DNA of 64,000 nucleotides, taken from contig CAOKPF010000003.1 in the NCBI GenBank assembly GCA_948470565.1, positions 21 through 64,020 of the forward strand, in the 5' to 3' direction. Of the stretch, positions 56,736 to 64,000 are shown in pieces. The position numbers and the translations under genes are program-made. The notes beneath the pieces were generated by a model. That model was not told where the DNA came from. It saw only the letters and a program-made list of their open reading frames with translations, and ran no database searches. Source of the DNA: an uncultured Clostridium sp. Its GTDB lineage: Bacteria; Bacillota; Clostridia; TANB77; CAG-465. Within the stretch, counting starts at the first letter, position 1; each line of letters starts with the position of its first letter.

Positions 56736-57191
56736 TCAATCTTCTGTTTGACCTTCTGCACACATATTTAAAAATTTTATTCCTCTATTTAGTAAATCTA
56801 ATATTTTTCTATACAATCCTTCTAATAACAAGCTTAATACTAGTCTATCATTTCTATACTTGCTATCAATTGCAATTGCTGAAAATAACAAATAATATGA
56901 CTGATTAGGGATATAATCTAACAAAGTATCTTTATTTATCTCTGTATCTTGCAATTTATTTTTTATAAATCTATCAAATTGAAATTTTGATAGTGGTAAC
57001 AGTGTAATTTCACCTACTATTTTGTCTTTTTCTGTGTCTCTTACAAATATATGTATGTCACTATTTTTGTTATCCCATTCAATTACTTGTTCTACACTTG
57101 AGATTGTAGATGGTTCTAAATATTCTTGTTCTATTTTAAAAATTTCATCAAAATCTTTTTTAGTATGTTTATACTCAATTCTATACTTCAT
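56736..57191 (-). CDS. GNAT-like acetyltransferase fragment (151 aa)
   Basis: VGEITLLP...SAIAIDSKYRNDRLVLSLLLEGL resembles the GNAT core; ends ...CAEGQTED at a TGA. Confidence 0.55.
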   Translation of the reverse strand: MKYRIEYKHTKKDFDEIFKIEQEYLEPSTISSVEQVIEWDNKNSDIHIFVRDTEKDKIVGEITLLPLSKFQFDRFIKNKLQDTEINKDTLLDYIPNQSYYLLFSAIAIDSKYRNDRLVLSLLLEGLYRKILDLLNRGIKFLNMCAEGQTED

Positions 57192-57292
57192 TTTTCACAT
57201 ATCCTTTAATAATTATAAATTACATATTTTTTAACTTTTTATTTCTCGTTACCTTGAATAATTGTCCTTAAAATGTAAATATATTAAAAATC

Positions 57293-57326
57293 TATAGGTC
57301 AAATTTTTCGATTTTTTTGACCTATA
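57293..57326 (-). terminator. hairpin terminator downstream of rlmD
   Basis: tataggtcaaa (57293-57303) pairs with tttgacctata (57316-57326). Confidence 0.5.
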
Positions 57327-57445
57327 AATTTATTTAAAAATAAGTATGCATATTTTTTAAATGCAAAAATTTATTATTATAATATACTATATCTCAATTT
57401 TATTTCAATACAATATTATTATTTTTATCTGAAACAAACTCTCAA

Positions 57446-58804
57446 TTATTTCCTTTCAAGAATAGCTACACATTCAATAGCACTTGTATAAGGAAACATA
57501 TCAACAGGTGTTATTCTATTTACTATATAGTCTTTTTCAAAAGATTTTAAATCTCTAGCTAATGTTGCTGGATTACAACTAACATATCCAATCTTCTCAG
57601 ATTTAAAATCTAATATATATTTTATACTATTTTCATCTAATCCACGTCTTGGTGGATCAACAACAATAACATTAGGTTTAATATTTCTATTTTTAAATTC
57701 TACAATTCTATCACTTACACTACCTACAATATATTCAGCATTCTTTACCTCATTATTTACTATATTTATATTCGCCATATCTACCGCACTTTTTTCTATT
57801 TCAATTCCATATACATATTTTACGCTATCACTTAAAAATATACCTATTGCCCCTACACCGCTATATAAATCAAATAACGTTTCATCACCTTTTAAATTAA
57901 GTCCATCTTTTAAAGTATTATATAATATTTCAGTTTGTACAGTATTAACTTGGAAAAATGATTTTGGACTAATTACATATTTATACACTCCAATATAATC
58001 AGTTATATAATCCTCTCCATATATTTTTATAGTTTCCTCTCCTAATATTTCATTTGTATTACTCGAATTAATATTTACAAATATACCTTTTATACTGTCA
58101 TCTATTTTTGTAATTTCCTTTACAACTATATTAATATCATCTTTTCTAGAAGTAATATCATTATTTGCAACAATGACTACCATAATTTCTCCAGTATAAT
58201 AACCCATTCTAATTAATATATGCCTTATATCTCCGCTTCCGTCATCTTCATTATAACCACTAAATTTTAATTTTGTTAATATATCAAATATATCTTTAGC
58301 TAGTATATCAATTACTAAGTTTTGAATATAGCAAGTATCATTTTCAACAATATTATGACTTCTTTTTGAATAAAATCCAAGCTTTGTATTACCATTCCTA
58401 TCACATCTTACTGGATATTGCACTTTATTTCTGTAATAATATGGTCTTCCCATACCTACTGTATTTTCTAAAACTTTATATTCTATTTTTTGTTTGTCTA
58501 AGACATTTCTTACCATATTTTGCTTTAATAAAAGCTGCATATCATAATCTATATGTTGGGCACTACATCCACCACATTTATGTGCAACTTCACACATAGG
58601 TTCACATCTATGCTCACTTTTATTTACAATCTCTTCCAATCTACCTATACAATAGTTTTTATTTAACTTTATTACTTTAGCATCTACTGTTTCACCAATA
58701 ACAGTATTGGGAATAAACATTACTTTATTTTCAAGTTTTGCAATGCCTTCAAAATTTACGCCATTGTCTACAATATCCACTCTAACTATTTTATTCTTAT
58801 CCAT
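57446..58804 (-). CDS. rlmD: 23S rRNA (uracil-C5)-methyltransferase, RlmD/RumA family
   Basis: 452 aa; N-terminal TRAM, Fe-S Cys cluster CEPMCEVAHKCGGC, DLYSGVGAIG SAM motif, VDPPRRG, SCNP. Confidence 0.9.
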   Translation of the reverse strand: MDKNKIVRVDIVDNGVNFEGIAKLENKVMFIPNTVIGETVDAKVIKLNKNYCIGRLEEIVNKSEHRCEPMCEVAHKCGGCSAQHIDYDMQLLLKQNMVRNVLDKQKIEYKVLENTVGMGRPYYYRNKVQYPVRCDRNGNTKLGFYSKRSHNIVENDTCYIQNLVIDILAKDIFDILTKLKFSGYNEDDGSGDIRHILIRMGYYTGEIMVVIVANNDITSRKDDINIVVKEITKIDDSIKGIFVNINSSNTNEILGEETIKIYGEDYITDYIGVYKYVISPKSFFQVNTVQTEILYNTLKDGLNLKGDETLFDLYSGVGAIGIFLSDSVKYVYGIEIEKSAVDMANINIVNNEVKNAEYIVGSVSDRIVEFKNRNIKPNVIVVDPPRRGLDENSIKYILDFKSEKIGYVSCNPATLARDLKSFEKDYIVNRITPVDMFPYTSAIECVAILERK

Positions 58805-58919
58805 AACGCTCCTTTTACAATTTTATACAATTATACCATCTTTTTTAGATTTAGTAAATACACATATTGCTATTTTTCTCTGTTTTGTGTATAATTATAT
58901 TGGGAGGAAATATTAACAT

Positions 58920-59612
58920 ATGAAAATAATAAAAAGATTAGTGATATTTATTGTAATAATAGGTATTATTGTCTGTGGATATATTACATATAACGGTTAC
59001 AAATTATATTCGTCTGTTACAACAAAGACAAGTATAGAAGATAAAGTTGAGGAAATTAGAAGCAAAAAAAATTACACTACAATTGATAAAATCCCAAAAG
59101 ATTTCTGTAATGCTGTTATTGCCATAGAAGATCATAGATTTAGGAAACATGGGGCAATTGATATAAGATCTATTGGAAGAGCTGTAATAACAAATATAAA
59201 AAATATGAAACTTATAGAAGGTGGAAGTACTATAACTCAACAGTTGGCAAAAAACATGTACTTTTCACAATCTAAAAAGTTTACTAGAAAAATTGCAGAA
59301 GTACTAGTAGCTGATGATTTAGAAAAAAACTATACAAAAGATGAAATACTTGAACTATATTTAAATGTTATATATTTTGGAGATGGTTATACAGGTATAT
59401 ACAGTGCTTCTATGGGATATTACAAAAAAATTCCTAGTGAACTTAATTTAGATGAAATTACAATGCTTGCTGGACTACCTAACGCCCCTAGTGTATATGC
59501 ATTAAGCAACAATCCTAAACTAGCAAAAGAAAGACAAGAAGAAGTTATAAAAGCTATGTATTTATATAATTATATTTCTGCAGATGATATGGTAAAATTA
59601 AACAATAATTAG
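58920..59612 (+). CDS. monofunctional peptidoglycan glycosyltransferase (GT51)
   Basis: 230 aa; N-terminal TM, AIEDHRFRKHGAID, GGSTITQQLAKN, RKIAE motifs. Confidence 0.85.
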   Translation: MKIIKRLVIFIVIIGIIVCGYITYNGYKLYSSVTTKTSIEDKVEEIRSKKNYTTIDKIPKDFCNAVIAIEDHRFRKHGAIDIRSIGRAVITNIKNMKLIEGGSTITQQLAKNMYFSQSKKFTRKIAEVLVADDLEKNYTKDEILELYLNVIYFGDGYTGIYSASMGYYKKIPSELNLDEITMLAGLPNAPSVYALSNNPKLAKERQEEVIKAMYLYNYISADDMVKLNNN

Positions 59613-59618
59613 AGAAAA

Positions 59619-59648
59619 AATAATCAAGATTAAAAAATCTTGATTATT
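59619..59648. terminator. bidirectional terminator
   Basis: aataatcaagatt (59619-59631) pairs with aatcttgattatt (59636-59648): 13-bp perfect stem, 4-nt loop, followed by a T-run. Confidence 0.7.
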
Positions 59649-59658
59649 TTTGATATTA

Positions 59659-60882
59659 TTATTTTCTTATTGTTATATCATTAACAAATGGGGTTTCATA
59701 ATATTCTCTACCATATTTATCAGTAACTTTTACTCTTAATCTTACACTATATTGGTCTTCAGTATATTCAGAAAGGCTAATAACTCTTGAAATTTCAGCA
59801 GATGTTTTATTACCTGAAATATTCAAATTTGAGCTACTTAATTCTTGCCAATTTGAACCTTCATCACCAAATGTAAAAGAATATTCCATCTTTACAATAT
59901 CTGCACTATCTACAAATATATTACAACTTATTGTATTTCCTACAACTGCCATAGTTGCAAAATCTCTTTTTGGAGTAACTGTACAATAAGATGAAGCTGT
60001 TATACTAGGTGAAGCTGGTATAAACATATTAAACATATTTGAAACAGTACTTACTATTTTTCCACTTTTTCCTGTTGCTACAACATATATATATACTGGT
60101 GATGCACTATCTGTAATTGATATAGTTTGATTATTTGCACAATTTTTCAAATTAGTTGCATCAGACCCATCAGCATTTTTACAAATAGCATACTTTATTG
60201 AACCATCTACATAGTCTCCTGTAACACTAATTGATGTTGAATTAGTATAACTTAAATTATTATCACCATTTTTACTAAATGATATAACTGGATCAACATA
60301 AGTAGGTGTTACTGGCACGTCTGGTTCAACTGGTTTTGGATCAACTGGAGTAACTGGTTCATCTGGCTTAGGTGCTGGATTTGTTGTTGAACCTGTGTTA
60401 CCAGGATTTGTACTTGGATTTGTTGTATTATTATTGGTTTGATATGTCTGTTGTGGCTTAGTTGCTACAACTACTTTATTATTACCACCATTTCCATTTT
60501 TATTAGCAAGTACCCCTGTTATAAGTCCAAAAGCATTTTCAGGTGCTTTTTGCTCCTCATTATTTTCTGTTTTTTCTTCTTCTGTATTTTTTTCTTCTTC
60601 TGTTTTTTCAGTTTCATCATCTTTAGTTTGATTATTACTTTGATTATCATCATTATTAGTAATATCTTTTAAATTGTCAAATTCCTCAATAACAGTTTTA
60701 TTCTTATCATTATTATTTTTAGCATATTCTTTACTTCTAATTTTGTTACCTGATATAAGCACATATGCCCAAACACTTAAACAAATAAGTGAAATGACTA
60801 TACATACTGTTATTATTTTATTCCTATCTTTAAAATTCTTCCTTTCCACGATTTTTCCTCCATATCTTTTTTCATATATCAC
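59659..60882 (-). CDS. membrane-anchored protein with acidic and Pro-rich linkers and beta-rich C-terminus
   Basis: 407 aa; one TM, EEEKNTEEEK low-complexity stretch, PKPDEPVTPVDPKPVEPDVPVTP linker. Confidence 0.55.
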   Translation of the reverse strand: MIYEKRYGGKIVERKNFKDRNKIITVCIVISLICLSVWAYVLISGNKIRSKEYAKNNNDKNKTVIEEFDNLKDITNNDDNQSNNQTKDDETEKTEEEKNTEEEKTENNEEQKAPENAFGLITGVLANKNGNGGNNKVVVATKPQQTYQTNNNTTNPSTNPGNTGSTTNPAPKPDEPVTPVDPKPVEPDVPVTPTYVDPVISFSKNGDNNLSYTNSTSISVTGDYVDGSIKYAICKNADGSDATNLKNCANNQTISITDSASPVYIYVVATGKSGKIVSTVSNMFNMFIPASPSITASSYCTVTPKRDFATMAVVGNTISCNIFVDSADIVKMEYSFTFGDEGSNWQELSSSNLNISGNKTSAEISRVISLSEYTEDQYSVRLRVKVTDKYGREYYETPFVNDITIRK

Positions 60883-61030
60883 ATTATATAAATAATAATG
60901 TAATAATATTATATCAAATATAAAAATTCATGTCAACACTTTTTTGCTTCTTCATATTAAATTTACATAAAACTATGATAGTTATTTTGGGAATATTTAA
61001 TATCAAAGTAATTTAGCAACAGCTAAGTTA

Positions 61031-62623
61031 CTAAATTACTATATCTTCAACTTCTGGTAATTCCATTTCACTATTATTTTTAGCTATGTCCTTATCTGCT
61101 ATATCTGAACTATTATTTACTTGTTGAGCTAAAGATTCTTGTAAACTTCTTGTAGTATCATTTAATTTTTCAGCATTTTTCTTCAATTCATCTAATTTAC
61201 TATCTATTTTTTCGCTTGCTTCCATAGCTGCTCTTTCTTTACGTGCATCTATTTTTTTACAAATAAATCCACCTATTTTTGAAGCTCTAAACTTTTCAGC
61301 TAATTTTGCAAATATACCTTTTCTCTTTGTGCTTTCAAAATCAAATTCTAACATATTATCTTCTTCATCATTTATTTGATAATTTGAATTTACATTTTCT
61401 TGTTTAGAAATTATTACTAAGTCATCTTCTATTCTTATCTTTTTCATTTTCTCAGGAGATGATATTTTTACACCTAATTCTTTTGCTCTATCACCACACT
61501 GTTTATTTATTTTTTCAACATTATTTGTATACTCTTCTTGTGCTTTTAACTTTTGATCTGTTAAAAATCTAAATTTCTCCTCCTCTTTTTCTTGTATATC
61601 CTTCTGAATTTCTTTTTTCTCTTCAATTTCAGCTTTTAACTTTTCTATTTCTTCTTTTGCTTGCATTTTATATTTATTTTTAATTTCAACTTTTAAAGTA
61701 TCAACTGTAAATTGTTCAAAATCTTCTAAGTTTACATCTCCATTCATTATAGCATCTTTTATCTTATTAGCAAATTCTTCTCTTTCTTTAGGAGTTGTTA
61801 ATGTCTCTTTTATATTCCATTTATCTTTTTTAAAGTTTGGATCTTTTTTATGTTCCTCTTCAAAAGCTCTATATTCAGCTTCATATCTCATAATAATTTC
61901 TTTTTCTTTTTCTTCAAGTTCTTTATCTAATCTTATAATTTCATTTTCTGCAGCTTTATATTTTTGCTGTGGTTCTATTATATATGAATTGATTTTTGCA
62001 ACTTTTGCTCTATAATATGCCTCTTCTTGTTTAGTTCTAATTGTTCTTTTTGATTCAATTTCATCACAATAATATCTTTTGTTAACATCTCTAACTTTAT
62101 CGTTTAAATCTTCTTGTTGAGCTTGAGAAAATCTATCAATATTATCCATTATAGAATTTTGTTGTTTTTCTAATTCTGAAATCATTGATTTATATTCTTT
62201 TATTTTCTTTTCAAATCTATTTGTTTGCCTTGCTCTTTGTATTTTATCTACTGTATTTTTTATCTCCATTGTAACTCTTTGTAACTCTGAATTATATTTA
62301 CTAAGGATATCTGAATATTCCATATTAACATTTGTCTTAACTCTATCTTCTTCAGTCTTTCTTGTTGTTTTGTTAAAATTACTTCTAGATTCTATTTGAG
62401 CCTCAAATTTTTCTTTAATTGATGCTTCGTCAATGTCTAAGTTCATATAATCGAATGTTGTGTTATTTGTTTCTTCATTATTTTGAATTGTTTGGTTGTT
62501 ATTAACTTCTTCTTGATCTACGTTTAAATTTTCATCTACTTGTACATTTTGTTCTACTTGTTCTTTATTTTCTTTGTTATTTTTTAATTTAAAAAATCTC
62601 TTTCTACTTTTATTTTTACTCAT
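61031..62623 (-). CDS. hypothetical charged coiled-coil protein
   Basis: 530-aa ORF, Glu/Lys-rich heptad-like sequence. Confidence 0.55.
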   Translation of the reverse strand: MSKNKSRKRFFKLKNNKENKEQVEQNVQVDENLNVDQEEVNNNQTIQNNEETNNTTFDYMNLDIDEASIKEKFEAQIESRSNFNKTTRKTEEDRVKTNVNMEYSDILSKYNSELQRVTMEIKNTVDKIQRARQTNRFEKKIKEYKSMISELEKQQNSIMDNIDRFSQAQQEDLNDKVRDVNKRYYCDEIESKRTIRTKQEEAYYRAKVAKINSYIIEPQQKYKAAENEIIRLDKELEEKEKEIIMRYEAEYRAFEEEHKKDPNFKKDKWNIKETLTTPKEREEFANKIKDAIMNGDVNLEDFEQFTVDTLKVEIKNKYKMQAKEEIEKLKAEIEEKKEIQKDIQEKEEEKFRFLTDQKLKAQEEYTNNVEKINKQCGDRAKELGVKISSPEKMKKIRIEDDLVIISKQENVNSNYQINDEEDNMLEFDFESTKRKGIFAKLAEKFRASKIGGFICKKIDARKERAAMEASEKIDSKLDELKKNAEKLNDTTRSLQESLAQQVNNSSDIADKDIAKNNSEMELPEVEDIVI

Positions 62624-62670
62624 AATTTACCACCTTTTTTACCCTTTCTATTTCTACATTTTTTCCAAAT

Positions 62671-62793
62671 TTAACAATTTTTTAATTCTTCTAATGCTTC
62701 TTCCATTTTCTTTAAAGCATATTTCATTTCGTATAGAAACTGCATATTATTAGCAATTTCAAATAACTTATCCATTGAACTATATTCATACAT
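62671..62793 (-). CDS. possible 40-aa helical peptide
   Basis: GGAGGA SD 6 nt before the ATG; MYEYSSMDKLFEIANNMQFLYEMKYALKKMEEALEELKNC. Confidence 0.3.
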   Translation of the reverse strand: MYEYSSMDKLFEIANNMQFLYEMKYALKKMEEALEELKNC

Positions 62794-62954
62794 ATTTCTA
62801 TCCTCCTATCCTTAGTTTACATAAATTACATTTTCAATTATAACATCTTTTATGTTGTATGTCAATAAATTTTACATAATTTTGTAATATTTATTCAAAT
62901 TTTGTATTTTTTTCGTCATTTTTTACATAAATAATAAACTCATATTAAGATTTT

Positions 62955-63338
62955 AGGGACGTTCCATAAATAAATGTTGCAATTTTTATGTAAAGTTTTT
63001 TACTTAGTAATAAAACGAAATAAATTTCAATGTCATTAACTTAAGCTTTAATGCTTGTAAATAGTATGTTGAAAGTACTGTTTACCTTAACACTTCACAG
63101 AATAATTTAAAATATTATATTGTAAAAAAGTAAATTTGATTTTTATACAATTAAGCATGTAAAATCAATGTGCTCTTAAGTTAATGAATTGATTATAATG
63201 TGCTGTTTTGTCATGCTATTTAATATAAACTTTTTTACATATTCAAAATTCACCACTAAATAAATGAATTTAAAATTTATTTAACGGAAAATTTTAAGTC
63301 TACATAAAAATTGTAAAATTTATTTATGGAACGTCCCT
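62955..63338. repeat. 384-bp element bounded by 38-bp terminal inverted repeats (inverton or MITE candidate)
   Basis: agggacgttccataaataaatgttgcaatttttatgta (62955-62992) versus its reverse complement at 63301-63338, 36/38 matched; nested 13-bp IR at 63033-63045 and 63175-63187. Confidence 0.7.
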
Positions 63339-63656
63339 TATATACTCTATATAACTTGTATTCAAAAATAACTTTTATAATAAGATACTTATAATTTTTT
63401 GTTATTTAATAATATTATAATTAATAAATTAATAATGTTCTTCACATTTTTTCTAAATAAAAAATTTATAAATATATTTTTCAATATATTTTTTAATTAA
63501 TTTAAAAACGAAAAAATTGTTAAAATATGTATTATTTCGTCGCTTTATGTATTTTATTATACCAGATACCATTTCAATTTCTTTATTATCAAGAGACACT
63601 TCATTTTGAACAGTTACCATTTTTTCACATATTTTTTATTTTTTCATATCTGAATG

Positions 63657-63685
63657 TTGACATAATGTAAAAAATATGATAAAAT
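63657..63685 (+). promoter_or_regulatory. promoter of the downstream secreted-protein gene
   Basis: TTGACA (63657-63662), 17 nt, TGaTAAAAT extended -10 (63680-63685). Confidence 0.55.
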
Positions 63686-63743
63686 AACTTCTGATTATAT
63701 TAGTAAACTTTAATTTTTAATAAATATTGAAGGAGGAAAAAAT

Positions 63744-64000
63744 ATGAAAAAAAATAGTAAACTAAAATTTTTGTCGCTTGTAATCTTAGCATCCAGCTGC
63801 TTCATGGTAGGAAATGTGGCAAAAGCGTATATTTGCAAATATTATACGCTAAGAGCAACATTAAATGGAGCAAGGCACATTGAAGAATGTGATGAAGTTC
63901 TTGCTAATATAGAAACTTCTATACAAACTCTTCAATCTATTCAAGAGCAAAAAATACTTGCAGCTATTGCTTTAGAAGAAGAAGAAAAAAAGAAATTAGA
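63744..64000 (+). CDS. secreted/lipid-anchored hypothetical protein, 5' part (runs off the window)
   Basis: GAAGGAGG SD; MKKNSKLKFLSLVILASSCFMVGNVAKA signal-like N-terminus. Confidence 0.6.
   Translation, partial: MKKNSKLKFLSLVILASSCFMVGNVAKAYICKYYTLRATLNGARHIEECDEVLANIETSIQTLQSIQEQKILAAIALEEEEKKKL

Noticed and set aside
56736-56738. In-frame TGA read as Trp (genetic code 4).
   Set aside because: TGA also closes at least one other ORF here whose stop/start geometry looks genuine: the DUF3791-like gene at 3960, in an ATGA overlap with the next start. All other long ORFs were found with the standard code.
60540-60660. Apparent tandem repeats (ttcttcttctgt..., ttttcttcttc).
   Set aside because: They fall inside the 407-aa ORF and simply encode its Glu/Lys/Thr-rich low-complexity linker. 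They are not an independent repeat element or CRISPR-like array.
483-60895. Many plus-strand ORFs of 60-154 aa in the ORF track lie inside minus-strand genes. Examples: 483-716, 1034-1228, 1522-1948, 8367-8582, 12074-12313, 14558-14899, 17457-17708, 19149-19696, 23702-23887, 29792-30493, 30602-30922, 31481-31777, 34827-35036, 37589-37777, 40731-41541, 46573-46761, 47631-48333, 48433-48765, 49483-49677, 51848-52435, 54334-54534, 56268-56531, 57022-57234, 58366-58916, 60439-60895. The minus-strand ORFs 38930-39112, 45655-45846 and 59004-59240 lie inside plus-strand genes.
   Set aside because: They are antisense shadows of clearly homologous genes. They are rich in F/L/I/S/Y from AT-rich antisense codons, and have no SD sequences and no recognisable motifs.
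63453-63620. 55-aa minus-strand ORF MVTVQNEVSLDNKEIEMVSGIIKYIKRRNN... whose N-terminus superficially resembles a double-glycine bacteriocin/pheromone leader.
   Set aside because: No SD upstream (only an A-run). The cleavage motif is SG-I rather than GG/GA/GS. No transporter or immunity genes nearby. Easily produced by chance in AT-rich DNA.

Overview
Very AT-rich Firmicutes/Clostridia-like chromosomal segment. Hand-counted background lines are about 20-25% G+C. About 65 genes are present and nearly all are on the minus strand. The housekeeping backbone is fba, the nrdD/nrdG/nrdR class III RNR operon, two DD-carboxypeptidases, a PrsA-like foldase, a TrmH-like methyltransferase, pepC, rlmD and a peptidoglycan transglycosylase. 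No rRNA, tRNA or CRISPR array was seen. The accessory content is more interesting. (1) nrdD is encoded in pieces: the glycyl-radical motif sits on a separate 94-aa ORF, and a 24-nt duplicated junction marks the split. (2) An unannotated type I toxin-antitoxin-like locus at 14.2-14.55 kb has a 22-aa hydrophobic peptide with a sequestered SD, plus a convergent sRNA complementary to its start region. (3) A vWA / PP2C / Ser-Thr-kinase triad (TerY-P type) is preceded by a nicotinamidase-like gene on a visibly GC-richer block. (4) An operon encodes a DUF2828 (TROVE-like)+vWA protein, a small RHH protein and a 700-aa DUF3800-like+TPR protein, behind a promoter studded with TGTGTC repeats. This is my best candidate for an undescribed conflict system. 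(5) A 384-bp element with 38-bp terminal inverted repeats could be an inverton or a MITE. (6) Five AAA_14+DUF4143 ATPase paralogs and AAA/PDDEXK_9 genes lie beside many decay scars: a frameshifted IS200 tnpA, a truncated ATPase, gene relics and an in-frame stop. All family names come from motif recognition by eye. No database search was run.
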